DNA of 64,000 nucleotides from Candidatus Bipolaricaulota bacterium. GTDB taxonomy: Bacteria > Bipolaricaulota > Bipolaricaulia > UBA7950 > UBA9294. The stretch's first letter is position 1. Each line of letters opens with the position of its first letter. The translations under genes and the position numbers were made by a program. The notes under the pieces are model-generated. The model saw only the letters and a list, made by a program, of their open reading frames with translations, did no database searches and was not told the origin of the DNA. The DNA lies in contig JBFMGK010000015.1 of assembly GCA_040752575.1 (NCBI GenBank), positions 1-64,000 on the forward strand, given 5' to 3'. Below, one piece after another: positions 48,314 to 58,104 of the stretch.

Positions 48314-49318
48314 TCAGGCGGTCCGCGTTCGCCATGCCCCGAGGAGGGCGAGAACGCGAACCGTCCAATCGACGGCGCGGGCGTCGCGTCGACGCCACGA
48401 CTCGGAAAGCGGCAGGGCCCACGACCACGCCGCACGGGGTCCGAAGTCCCAAAGGCCGTCGGGCCGGCGTCGTTCGGCCAACGCATCGGCCAACGGGGCG
48501 GTGGCCATCCCCGCCACGGAGAACCCGGCAAGAAGCTCGTGCGACAGGAACCATCGTTCCCCCGCTCCCGAGTCCGGAGTCTGGACCGGCGCCGAGACCG
48601 GGACGCCGTAGCAGCCGATGCCGTCAGGCTTGCGCCAGATCCACCGCACGAGCGAGGCGGCGAGGCCGTCCGGCAGGTCGGCCGCCCGGGCCGCGAGGAG
48701 CGCAAGGGTGTAGCGATTGGACAAGACGAGATACGACCCCGTGACGGTCGCCCCGGTCAACGCGTGGTGTGCCTCGGCCTCCGCCGCGGCGTCGTACGAC
48801 CCATCGGACAACGTTCGCCGCGCGATCTCTTGCCACAGGCGCCACGGGACGTCGAGCGCTTCGTGGCCGGGCTCGATCCGAGCGAGAGCGGACGCGGCAA
48901 ACAGCTGAAGCCCCGTCGTCCAGCGGTCGTTGCGCTCCGGCGGGTCTGGCGGAACGGCTCTCCCGGCCAGGACGTCAGCCAAGTAGCGAACGGCCTTCGC
49001 GAGGATCGGGTGCCGTGCGTCCAGCCCGAGCGCGAGGGCACGCTCGACCGCCCACTCCGTGGTTGGCACGGCCGACCGCGACGACGTATCGCGCGAGTGC
49101 AGCCGGCCCCAACCGCCGTCGGGTCGCTGCTCGGCGATCAGTCTTTCGACGTGAATCGAGGTGTCGACTTCCCGGCGCGCGGCATCGACTCGCTCCTCGC
49201 CGGCGCTGCCGCGGAGGACGTCGCGCGCAAGCCGCAGCCGCACGACGGGGTCCGACGTCCCGCGCGTGAGTTCCAGCGCCAGGGCCCGTGCGTCGTCTTG
49301 CGTCAGACGGCTACTCAT
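48314..49318 (-). CDS. Hypothetical protein, prenyltransferase/squalene-cyclase-like alpha-alpha barrel repeats
   Basis: EQRPDGGWG, RRRPDGLWD repeats; WTVRVL C-terminus. Confidence 0.6.
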   Translation of the reverse strand: MSSRLTQDDARALALELTRGTSDPVVRLRLARDVLRGSAGEERVDAARREVDTSIHVERLIAEQRPDGGWGRLHSRDTSSRSAVPTTEWAVERALALGLDARHPILAKAVRYLADVLAGRAVPPDPPERNDRWTTGLQLFAASALARIEPGHEALDVPWRLWQEIARRTLSDGSYDAAAEAEAHHALTGATVTGSYLVLSNRYTLALLAARAADLPDGLAASLVRWIWRKPDGIGCYGVPVSAPVQTPDSGAGERWFLSHELLAGFSVAGMATAPLADALAERRRPDGLWDFGPRAAWSWALPLSESWRRRDARAVDWTVRVLALLGAWRTRTA

Positions 49319-50570
49319 ACCTCAACGCGTCCACGACGGCCATCCGCGCTCCGCGACGCGCGGGCCACAGCCCCGACAGGGCGCCGATCAGGAAGGACGA
49401 AAGGAGCGTCACCAAGATGAGTCCCGGGCTCACGACGAACGGGAACGTCACCCCGCCGGGGAGGTTCGCAAACGTGTTGATGGCCCAGCAAGCCGCCGCG
49501 CTCAACAGGAGACCCGCCACGGTCCCGATCGCGCCGCCGACAAGTCCGATCAAGCCCGACTCGATCAGAAAGATGGAAAGCACGTGGCGGTTCTTGGCCC
49601 CTACGGCCTTCATCACGCCGATGTCCTTCGTGCGTTCGAGGACCGACGTGAACATCGTGTTCATCACGCCCACTCCGCCGACGATCAACGAGATCCCAGC
49701 GAGGCCGGCGAGGAAGACGCTGATCGAGCCCAGGAGCGTGTCGATGAAGTCGTTGATGTCGCCCGACGTCACGGCCGCGACCCGCGACCCTTCAGCCTTG
49801 AGCGCCGTCTCGGCACGGTCGGCCACGTCGTCCACCTTGAAGCCGGGAAGGATCTTCACGGCCGTCACAAGGTAGTCGTTGCCCTCCGGCCAAAGCTGAT
49901 CCATCGCGGCGTTGGGGATGTACATCGTGTCCTCGGTCGCCCCGATGCCGCCCGAGAAACCCTGGCTCTCGTCCTCGTCCGAAGCTTTGAGGATGCCGAT
50001 GACGCTCATCGTCATCTCGCTCGTCTTCTCTCCGGCGATCAGCAGGGAATCGCCGACCGCGACGTTGAGGCGCTCGGCCAACTCGGCCCCGAGGACGACG
50101 ACGTCCACGTCGCCTTCTTCGATGTCACGTCCGCCCGGCTCGAACTCCGTCTCGGGGGCGAACGCCTTGAACTCGGTGGAGAACTCCGGCGAAATCCCCA
50201 TGACGGGGAAGAAGCCCTGCGCGGCTTTGCCGTCGGCTCCCGTCCCACCCTGAACGAAGGCCGTCCTCTGCCGGATGGCCGCCACGGCCTTGACGCCTTC
50301 CACGCGCTGCAGCGTCGGCAGGTCGAGCGCGAACTGCGTCGCCCCGCCGCCATGGCCGCGCGTGAACGTGTCCTCCTCCATGATGACGAAGGTGTCCACG
50401 CCGAAGACTTTCGAGACCTGGCCCTTCATCATCCCCTCGAGGCTCAGGCCGATCGAGATCAAACCCACGACGGCAGCGATGCCGATCATCACGCCGAGCA
50501 CGGCCAAGAAGCTTCGCAGCTTGCGATGCAAGATGCTCTGGGCCGCCAACCGCAGAAACTCGCTAACCAT
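49311..50570 (-). CDS. MacB/FtsX-type ABC permease
   Basis: KLRSFLAVLGVMIGIAAVV, ISLIVGGVGVMNTM..SVLERTKDIG, PARRGARM..VDALRYE. Confidence 0.93.
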   Translation of the reverse strand: MVSEFLRLAAQSILHRKLRSFLAVLGVMIGIAAVVGLISIGLSLEGMMKGQVSKVFGVDTFVIMEEDTFTRGHGGGATQFALDLPTLQRVEGVKAVAAIRQRTAFVQGGTGADGKAAQGFFPVMGISPEFSTEFKAFAPETEFEPGGRDIEEGDVDVVVLGAELAERLNVAVGDSLLIAGEKTSEMTMSVIGILKASDEDESQGFSGGIGATEDTMYIPNAAMDQLWPEGNDYLVTAVKILPGFKVDDVADRAETALKAEGSRVAAVTSGDINDFIDTLLGSISVFLAGLAGISLIVGGVGVMNTMFTSVLERTKDIGVMKAVGAKNRHVLSIFLIESGLIGLVGGAIGTVAGLLLSAAACWAINTFANLPGGVTFPFVVSPGLILVTLLSSFLIGALSGLWPARRGARMAVVDALRYE

Positions 50571-51249
50571 GGCGCACCTCTTCAAGAACCCGCCCATCGC
50601 GCAGGCGGATGATGCGCCCGGCGATCGCCGCCGCATCGGGATCGTGCGTGATCAGGATCATCGTCTTGCCCTCGTCGGCGCACAGCCGTTTGAGGAGATC
50701 CAGGATCGTCGCACCGGTCTCGGAGTCGAGGTTCCCCGTCGGCTCGTCGGCCAGGATGATCTCCGGGTTGTTCGCTAGAGCCCGGGCGATCGCAACCCGC
50801 TGGCGCTCTCCGCCCGAGAGTTCGTTCGGGCGATGCTTCACGCGCTCCCCCAGACCGACCTTCTCCAGGAGAGAACGAGCCCGCTCGGCGCGTTCGCGAC
50901 GCCCGACGCCGAGGAAGATCATCGGCAGTTCTACGTTCTGTTGCGCGGTGAGCGTCTGGATCAAGTTGAAGGTCTGGAAGACGAAGCCCACCTTCTTGCC
51001 GCGCAGCGTCACGAGCTCGTCCTCGCCGAGCCGGCCCACGTCGTGCCCTTCGAGGGACGCCGAGCCCTCGCTCGGCGTGTCGAGCGCGCCGAGGATGTGC
51101 ATGAGCGTCGACTTCCCGGAGCCCGACGGCCCCATGATCGCTACGATCTCACCCTTCTCAATCGCCAGGTCGAGGCCGCGGAGGGCGTGAACGACCGTCT
51201 TGCCCAGCGCGTAGTCCTTGGTGACGCCTTCGAGATGGAGCAGTCCCAT
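50563..51249 (-). CDS. LolD/MacB-type ABC ATP-binding protein
   Basis: GPSGSGKST, GFVFQTFNL, LSGGERQRVAIARAL, ADEPTGNLD. Confidence 0.95.
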   Translation of the reverse strand: MGLLHLEGVTKDYALGKTVVHALRGLDLAIEKGEIVAIMGPSGSGKSTLMHILGALDTPSEGSASLEGHDVGRLGEDELVTLRGKKVGFVFQTFNLIQTLTAQQNVELPMIFLGVGRRERAERARSLLEKVGLGERVKHRPNELSGGERQRVAIARALANNPEIILADEPTGNLDSETGATILDLLKRLCADEGKTMILITHDPDAAAIAGRIIRLRDGRVLEEVRHG

Positions 51250-51251
51250 GT

Positions 51252-51845
51252 CTAGCTCCCGCTCACGGTGTACTCGACGAGCTCGAGCGAGAAGACCGGG
51301 ACCCACTGACCGTCGCGCTCTTCCTCAACGCGGATGAGCGGCGAGATGTAGACCGGGTGAGACAACGCAAAGGCGACCGTCGTCCGCGTCTCAGGGCTGT
51401 CCGGATCGATCAACACCCCCTGCAGCGACCACACGCCCGCCACCGTGACGCCCGTGATCTCCACGAACGACCCGCCGCCGGGAAGAAGGTACTCCTGCCC
51501 CTCCTGAAGACGGCTGCGTTGATCCATCAGCGCCTGAAGGGACGAGTAGCTGACGTCGTCGCCGCTGCCCGAACTGACGCGCGTCGCCCCGAAGATGAAG
51601 CCGAACGCTTCGAGCTCGTCCTCGGTGCCCGTTCCCTCGGTGACCATGCGGACGGTGTACGTCCCGTCCCCGTGGGCTGTGACCGTCAGCTCGAGCGGTT
51701 GCGGCTGCTCCACATCCTCCGTCCGAATGCTGTAGACCATGCGCGTGACTCCGGTGGGGAACGCGTTGAGATCCGCCTGCCCCAGCGCGGCGGCCGCAAG
51801 CCCCAGAACCACTATCAGACCGACAAGAACCGAGATCTTCTTCAT
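51252..51845 (-). CDS. Hypothetical secreted beta-rich protein
   Basis: Signal peptide MKKISVLVGLIVVLGLAAAALG; SD AGAGAGGA; first gene of ABC operon. Confidence 0.75.
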   Translation of the reverse strand: MKKISVLVGLIVVLGLAAAALGQADLNAFPTGVTRMVYSIRTEDVEQPQPLELTVTAHGDGTYTVRMVTEGTGTEDELEAFGFIFGATRVSSGSGDDVSYSSLQALMDQRSRLQEGQEYLLPGGGSFVEITGVTVAGVWSLQGVLIDPDSPETRTTVAFALSHPVYISPLIRVEEERDGQWVPVFSLELVEYTVSGS

Positions 51846-51923
51846 GGCATTCCTCTCTTTCGCTTCAACTCATCGCTCTCTCATGCTATCCCACGGCGCA
51901 GCCTGCCGACCCGTCGCGAGTAC

Positions 51924-53753
51924 TCAGGGCGAGACCTCGACCCGCCCGCGGAACTGACTCATGTAGAGCCGGTAGTACGAACCGCGAGACGACATAAGCT
52001 CGTCGTGCGTCCCGTGCTCGACCACCTCGCCCCCGTCGATCATCAGAATCTGGTCCGCGCCGCGGATCGTCGAGAGGCGATGCGCAATGACAAAGCTCGT
52101 CCGGCCCTTCATGAGCTCGAGCAACGCCTCCTGAATGTGAACTTCGGTTCGCGTGTCCACGCTCGATGTCGCTTCGTCGAGCACGAGGATCCGCGGATCG
52201 GCGAGGATCGCCCGCGCGATGGCCAGGAGCTGCCGCTGCCCCTCGGACAGATTGGCTCCGCGCTCCGAGAGCAGCGTGTCGTAACCGTGCGGGAGTCGCC
52301 GGATGAATCCGTCGGCGTTGGCCAGTCGCGCCGCGGCGACGACCTCCTCGTCGGTGGCATCGAGCCGTCCGTACCGGATGTTCTCCTTCACGCTCTCGGC
52401 AAAGAGGAACGTCTGCTGCAAAACGATCCCGAGTTGTCTTCGGAGGCTGTCGCGCGTCACCGTCCGGATGTCGACTCCGTCGATCCGAATCGCGCCCGAT
52501 TCCAGGTCGTAGAACCTTGTGAGCACGTTGACGAGGGTCGTCTTGCCGGCTCCGGTCGGTCCGACGAGGGCGACGCGCTCCCCGGGCCGCGCGGAGAGCG
52601 TCACGTGTCGCAACACAGGTTCCCCCTTGACGTACGAGAACGAGACGTCGTCGAACTCCACGTGTCCCTCGACGCGTGGAAGATCGATCGCGTCGGGCGC
52701 GTCGCGGAGATCGGGAACGGTGTCGAGGGCCTCGAAGACCCGCTCTGCGCCGGCCAGCGCAGCCTGAACCTGATTGTAGAGGTCGCCAAGTTGGCGAAGC
52801 GGCTCGGCGAACCGCCGCGAGTACGTGATGAAGGTCGCAATGAGCCCGATGCTCGCGAGCCCCTTCAACGTGAGGTATCCGCCGAGACCGACGATCACCG
52901 CGACGTTGGCGTTGGACAGGATGCCCATCATCGGCATCAGGAGGAGAGAGTAGGTCATCGCCGTCGCACCCACCCGCCGCACGGCCTCGTTGGCTCCGTC
53001 GAACGCGTCGAGGACCCGTCCCTGCTGGCCGAACGCCATGACGACGCGCTGGCCGCTGTATGCCTCTTCCAGCGTTCCATTCAAGGTTCCAAGGTTCTTC
53101 TGGTACTCGCGGAACGCGCCCCTCGTCTTGCGCCCGACGGCCCCGACGAGGCCGATCATGAGCGGAAGCACGATCATCGAGGCCAGGGCAAGCCACACGT
53201 TGAGCAGGAACATCACGATAAGGATCCCCACAAGCGTGAGCATCCCCGTGAAGAGCATCGTGACATTCTGAGAAAGGACGCGACTGATCGCGTCCATGTC
53301 GTTCGTCAGCCGACTCATCAGTTCTCCGGCGGACCGGCCGTCGTAGAAACGCAGAGACAGCGTCTCGAGGTGGGCGAACAGGTCTCGCCGTAGAACGCGC
53401 ATCGCGCGTTGCGCCACGGTAGCCATGACGACACCCTGACCCGTGTGACCCAGCCACGCGACGACGAACGCCGCGACCATCCAGCCGACCACTTCGAGTA
53501 TCGCCGCAAGGCCTGACCGCGCGACAATCTCGTTCACCGCGCGCCCCATGAGGTACGGTCCCAACAGGTCCATGGCCGTCGCCAGCGTCGCGACCAGGAC
53601 CACGAGGCCGAGGGTCACCCGGTACGGCTTCAGATACGCTAGCAGCCGCACCAGCGAACCGCGCGCGTTCTTTGGGTGTTCGAAGCGCATCCCGTGGCCC
53701 CGCGCCGGCCGCATGAGGGAAGGAGAGGGTTGGCGACGGCTCGGCTCGCTCAT
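51924..53753 (-). CDS. Heterodimeric ABC exporter subunit (TMD-NBD)
   Basis: GELMSRLTND, GPTGAGKTT, LSEGQRQ, LDEATSSVD, IAHRLSTI. Confidence 0.93.
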   Translation of the reverse strand: MSEPSRRQPSPSLMRPARGHGMRFEHPKNARGSLVRLLAYLKPYRVTLGLVVLVATLATAMDLLGPYLMGRAVNEIVARSGLAAILEVVGWMVAAFVVAWLGHTGQGVVMATVAQRAMRVLRRDLFAHLETLSLRFYDGRSAGELMSRLTNDMDAISRVLSQNVTMLFTGMLTLVGILIVMFLLNVWLALASMIVLPLMIGLVGAVGRKTRGAFREYQKNLGTLNGTLEEAYSGQRVVMAFGQQGRVLDAFDGANEAVRRVGATAMTYSLLLMPMMGILSNANVAVIVGLGGYLTLKGLASIGLIATFITYSRRFAEPLRQLGDLYNQVQAALAGAERVFEALDTVPDLRDAPDAIDLPRVEGHVEFDDVSFSYVKGEPVLRHVTLSARPGERVALVGPTGAGKTTLVNVLTRFYDLESGAIRIDGVDIRTVTRDSLRRQLGIVLQQTFLFAESVKENIRYGRLDATDEEVVAAARLANADGFIRRLPHGYDTLLSERGANLSEGQRQLLAIARAILADPRILVLDEATSSVDTRTEVHIQEALLELMKGRTSFVIAHRLSTIRGADQILMIDGGEVVEHGTHDELMSSRGSYYRLYMSQFRGRVEVSP

Positions 53754-55513
53754 CGCGACCTCCCCGTTTCGCCGGCGTCCCCCAGCTGAGAGCGGTAGAT
53801 CTCGCGGTAGATCGGGCTCGACGCGAGCAACTCGGTGTGCGTTCCCTGCGCGGCGATCCGGCCGCCATCTAGAACGAGGATCTTGTCCGCGAGGAGTACG
53901 GTCGACACGCGCTGGGCCACGATGAACCGCGTGGTGGTGTGCTCGGACTCGACGATCAGCCGGTCGAGCGCATCTTGGAGACGGATCTCGGTCTCGATGT
54001 CCACGGCGCTCGTCGAGTCGTCGAGGATCAGAACCTTCGGCCGGACGAGCAGCGCCCGCGCGATGGCCATCCGCTGCCGCTGGCCGCCCGACAGCGTGAC
54101 ACCGCGCTGCCCGATCAGCGTCGCGTAGCGGTCGGGAAACGATTCGATGAACTCCTCGGCCTGCGCGGCGCGCGCCGCAGCCACAATCTCGGCCTCGGTC
54201 GCATCCGGTCGCCCGTAGGCGATGTTGTCGCGGATCGTCCCGGCGAACAGCACGGCCTCCTGGAGCGCCACGGCGACGTGGGCGCGGAGGGACCCGATCT
54301 GAAGGTCGCGAACGTCGACTCCGTCGAACGTGATGCGCCCCCCGGTGACGTCGTAGAAGCGCGGGATCAGGTGGATGAGCGTTGACTTGCCCGACCCGGT
54401 CGCGCCGAGCAGGGCCACGGTCTCCCCCGGCTCCGCGGTGAACGACACCCCTTGGAGAACCGGAGTCGCGTCCGCCCCGTCATAACTGAACGAGACGTCG
54501 TCGAACGCAATGCGCCCGCGCGGCGACGTCAGAGCCCTCGCCCCGGCGCGCTCGCGCACACGAGGTTCGGCATCGAGGACCTCGAGGATGCGGCCCGCCG
54601 AGGCATCCGCCGCCGAGAGCGGGCCGAGCATGCCGGCCAGCATCATCAGCGGGAAGAGCGCGAACATCAGGTAGTTGATCGACGCCACGACCTGGCCCAC
54701 GGTCATGTCGCCGCCCAGGGACGCGACGCCGCCGATCCAGATCGCCGCGACGATGGCGCTGTTGAGAATCAGCGACATGAGCGGAAGCAGGAACGCGAGG
54801 AGCCGCATGACGCGAACGCTGGTCTCGGTCAGCGCAATGTTTGCGGCCTCGAAGCGCGCCTTCTCGTGATCCTCGCGAACGAAGGCTTTGACGACGCGCA
54901 CTCCGGCCAGATTCTCCTGCAACACGGTGTTGAGCCGATCGAGGCGCCCCTGCACGGCGGCGAACAGCGGGCGAGCCTTACGGGCGAACCAGTACACAAA
55001 CACCACGATGACGGGAACGAACGCGAGCATCATCAGCGCGAGCCGCGGACTCGTGAGGACGAGCAGCACGACCGAGCCCGCGATCCAGACGGGAGCGCGC
55101 GTCAGAATCCGCAGCGACATCATGACGACCATCTGCGCCGCGTTCACGTCGCTCGTCGATCGGGTGATCAGCTCGCCCGTCCGCAGCTCGTCAAGGTTCG
55201 CAAACGAGAACGACTGAGCCTTTCGGAACAGCGCGCTGCGCACGTCGGCCCCGAAGCTCATCGCCACGCGAACCGACAGCGCGTTGTTCGCCAGGGCAAA
55301 CAGCGCCGAGACGAGCGACGCGCCGAGCATGATGAGCGCCGTCGTCCAGACCACGCGCAAGTCGCCTCGCGCAATTCCTTCATCGATGATCCGCTGCGAG
55401 AGCCGCGGAACGACGAGATCCGCCGCGACCATCCCGAAGAGAAGGACGAGCGCTCCGATCGCCTGGCGGCGATACGGTCGGACGAAAGCGAAGAGACGGC
55501 GGAGCGACTTCAT
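53750..55513 (-). CDS. Heterodimeric ABC exporter subunit with degenerate site
   Basis: GATGSGKST, LSGGQRQR, ILDDSTSAVD, VAQRVST. Confidence 0.93.
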   Translation of the reverse strand: MKSLRRLFAFVRPYRRQAIGALVLLFGMVAADLVVPRLSQRIIDEGIARGDLRVVWTTALIMLGASLVSALFALANNALSVRVAMSFGADVRSALFRKAQSFSFANLDELRTGELITRSTSDVNAAQMVVMMSLRILTRAPVWIAGSVVLLVLTSPRLALMMLAFVPVIVVFVYWFARKARPLFAAVQGRLDRLNTVLQENLAGVRVVKAFVREDHEKARFEAANIALTETSVRVMRLLAFLLPLMSLILNSAIVAAIWIGGVASLGGDMTVGQVVASINYLMFALFPLMMLAGMLGPLSAADASAGRILEVLDAEPRVRERAGARALTSPRGRIAFDDVSFSYDGADATPVLQGVSFTAEPGETVALLGATGSGKSTLIHLIPRFYDVTGGRITFDGVDVRDLQIGSLRAHVAVALQEAVLFAGTIRDNIAYGRPDATEAEIVAAARAAQAEEFIESFPDRYATLIGQRGVTLSGGQRQRMAIARALLVRPKVLILDDSTSAVDIETEIRLQDALDRLIVESEHTTTRFIVAQRVSTVLLADKILVLDGGRIAAQGTHTELLASSPIYREIYRSQLGDAGETGRSR

Positions 55514-56010
55514 GCCGCGTCCTCTCCTTCGGTCCCGACGTTGCGGAGGGTGCTGCATCGGCAGTCCGACGCGCGTAGAAGACGCGCCCGCACGACGCGG
55601 AGGAGCCGCGCCAACGTCTCGACGTCCGCCGGCTCAAGACAGGTTCCGATTTCCTCTTCGAGCCCGCGGAAGCAGTCCTCGGCTTCGGCGCGGAGGCCGC
55701 GCGCCTTGGCCGTGAGGTAGACGCGCGACAGCCGTTGGTCGGCGGGGTCGGCGCGACGCTCGACCCAACCGTCGCGCTCCATGCGCTGCAGCATGGCGCT
55801 TACCGAGGCCGCAGTCAGTCGCAGGCGCCGAGCCACCTCGCCCTGGGTCACGCCTTCGTGATGTCCAAGGAAGAACAACGCCGGCCCCTGGGCCGGGTGC
55901 AGGCCGACCGCGTCGAGCCGTACCCGCAGCCTCTCGCCCACCAAGCGACTAACCTGAAGCAAGAGCTGCCCGGCACTCCGTTGCGCCCCGTCGTCGTCGT
56001 AGAACTCCAT
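55510..56010 (-). CDS. MarR family regulator
   Basis: VTQGEVA..L..ASVSAMLQRMERDGWVERRADPADQRLSRVYLT. Confidence 0.93.
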   Translation of the reverse strand: MEFYDDDGAQRSAGQLLLQVSRLVGERLRVRLDAVGLHPAQGPALFFLGHHEGVTQGEVARRLRLTAASVSAMLQRMERDGWVERRADPADQRLSRVYLTAKARGLRAEAEDCFRGLEEEIGTCLEPADVETLARLLRVVRARLLRASDCRCSTLRNVGTEGEDAA

Positions 56011-56016
56011 GAGATC

Positions 56017-56049
56017 CTTAGCCTGTTGAATGTTAGATGGCTAAGTATA
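56017..56049 (-). promoter_or_regulatory. Putative MarR operator overlapping -10
   Basis: CTTAGCC..GGCTAAG inverted repeat containing TTAG-N4-CTAA; TATACT at 56049-56044. Confidence 0.65.
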
Positions 56050-56096
56050 CCGGTGCGATGCTCGGGGGCAAGGTGAACGGCAAGCGGAGATCGCCG

Positions 56097-56351
56097 CTAG
56101 GGGCGACGGTCCTTCAGCGCATCGTGAATCCCGAAGATGGCCATGATGACCTCGCAGACGATGCGCAAGACGACGGGTCCGACGAGAAGGACGAGAATCC
56201 CGTTGAGAATCCCAATCCCCGATCCGAACCGTCCGGCGTGGGTCGCGATCATCGCTACGCCTTCGGCAACGCAAAGCCCTACCCCGACCCAGAAGACGAG
56301 CTCGATGAAGATCGGGGTCAGGAACTTCCGGAACAGCAGGTAGTCGCGCAT
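56097..56351 (-). CDS. DUF4282-like small membrane protein
   Basis: FRKFLTP..I..VFW, GPVVLRIVCE..MAIFGIHD. Confidence 0.85.
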   Translation of the reverse strand: MRDYLLFRKFLTPIFIELVFWVGVGLCVAEGVAMIATHAGRFGSGIGILNGILVLLVGPVVLRIVCEVIMAIFGIHDALKDRRP

Positions 56352-56505
56352 GCTCCCTCCTTGGTCGCTTTCGTCCCTAGCGCCGTACGATAGCCGAACG
56401 GGGACAGGCGGCCAAGCAGGGCCGGCCGGAACGCCGCACGAGATGGACGCGAGACGCGGGCGGCCTATCAACGGGTTCGTCCGCGGAGCGAGGGGGGAGA
56501 GGGTC

Positions 56506-57087
56506 GTGAACGTACTCGTCCTACACGGGAGTGCACGCAAGGGCGGAGACACCGACGCCCTCGCCGAGAGCTTTCTCGGCGGGATGGCCGAGATCGGCTC
56601 CCAGGTCGTCCGCCACTTCTTCGCCATCGACATGAAGGTGGCTCACTGCCGCGGGGCGGAGTGCCTCGCCTGCTGCGCCGACGGCCAAGCCGGTCGCTGC
56701 GTCGTCGAAGACGACATGCAGCCGCTCTATCCCGCCCTCCGCGACGCGAACGTCGTGGTTCTGGCGACGCCGATGTTCTGGGGATACATGACGTCGCAAT
56801 TGAAGACCGTGTTCGACCGGCTCGAGGCCGTGGCGTCGCCGACCTACTTCGGCGGAAAGGACTTCGTCCTCCTCGTCGGCTACCGACGCTACTACGGGTC
56901 CATGGTCGAGTGGCTGGGGCGGATCGCACGGGGGTTTGGGAGCCGTTTCCACTTCCTGGTCTGCCAAACGTACGACCCTGCAACCGATCGCGACGTACCG
57001 ATCCGCGAGACACCCCATCGCCTCGCAGAAGCCCGCGATCTGGGGCGTCGCGTCGCCGCGGCGTGCGGCGGCGGATCAGACGCCTAG
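56506..57087 (+). CDS. Flavodoxin-fold FMN reductase / iron-sulfur flavoprotein-like
   Basis: GSARKGGDT, CRGAECLACC..RCVVEDDM, ATPMFWG..TSQLK.VFDR. Confidence 0.85.
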   Translation: MNVLVLHGSARKGGDTDALAESFLGGMAEIGSQVVRHFFAIDMKVAHCRGAECLACCADGQAGRCVVEDDMQPLYPALRDANVVVLATPMFWGYMTSQLKTVFDRLEAVASPTYFGGKDFVLLVGYRRYYGSMVEWLGRIARGFGSRFHFLVCQTYDPATDRDVPIRETPHRLAEARDLGRRVAAACGGGSDA

Positions 57088-57951
57088 CGAGATCAGCGCG
57101 ACCGAGGCTCCAGCGAGGAGCACGCCCCACAACGCGCGCGGCGTCGGACGCTCGCGCAGGAAGAGAACCGAGAAGAGGAGACAGAACAGGAGCGTGGCCC
57201 CGCGAACGGGGGCCACGCTGCTCGCAGCAGCGCGGCGCAGGCTCTCCAGCCAGAGAAGCCACCCCACTCCGGCGCCGACGATCCCGGACAGGACGATGTA
57301 TCCGAGGCCGCGCGGCGCAAACCGCGCGGGAACGCGTCGACGCAGGAAGGGCAGGAGCAGGGCGGCTCCAAGCGCCCCGGAGGCGGCGAACAACAACAGG
57401 AGGGTCTCCGACGACAGACCGCGGTCGAGGGCCAGCTTCGCCGGCACGGTCTCGGCCACGCCCCAGAGCACGCCGGTTGCCAAGGCGTAGAGCGTCCCCG
57501 CGAGGCCCTTCCCTCTCCCCCTCTGGGCATCGCGCCGCTCCACCAGGAAGGCCGCGCCGGCCACAGCGAGGATCGCGGCGACGACCGCCTGCCACCGCAT
57601 CGCTTCTCCGAGGAAGAGGATCGCGGCGAAGACGCCCCACAGCGGCGCGGTATTCGAAAGCGTCGTCGCGCGGTATGCGGACGTCCGCTCAAGGGCCATC
57701 AGGTAGAGGAGACCTCCGAGGGTCGCATCGATGAACCCGGCGAGCACGGCGTATCCCGCCGCCTGCAGAGAAGGAATCGCCAGGGCGCGCGTCGCGACAG
57801 CATAGGCGAGGGCGAACAGCGCCACGAGGCCCCAACGAACCACCAAGTACGTCAGCCGGTCAACGTAGCGGATGGCTGGGACCGCCGCCGTCATCCCGAT
57901 GCCCCACGCCGCCGATGCCGCGAGCGCAAGCGCCAACGCCTGAACTGAGAT
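57076..57951 (-). CDS. EamA/DMT transporter (start uncertain, possibly ATC)
   Basis: Two EamA repeats ending LFLGE and LFLRER; about 10 TMs. Confidence 0.88.
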   Translation of the reverse strand: MSVQALALALAASAAWGIGMTAAVPAIRYVDRLTYLVVRWGLVALFALAYAVATRALAIPSLQAAGYAVLAGFIDATLGGLLYLMALERTSAYRATTLSNTAPLWGVFAAILFLGEAMRWQAVVAAILAVAGAAFLVERRDAQRGRGKGLAGTLYALATGVLWGVAETVPAKLALDRGLSSETLLLLFAASGALGAALLLPFLRRRVPARFAPRGLGYIVLSGIVGAGVGWLLWLESLRRAAASSVAPVRGATLLFCLLFSVLFLRERPTPRALWGVLLAGASVALISLGV

Positions 57952-58104
57952 GGGCCCTCCTGTCGTGCCGAGATCGGAGACGATACTTGGCACGTCGCGC
58001 CCTTTCACCCCGCCCGCCACACGGTCTCCACCGCTTGCGCACGCAGCGCACATCGCGATCCGCAAGACTGGAAAACCAAAAGCAGTTCACATCAGGAGGT
58101 TTCT

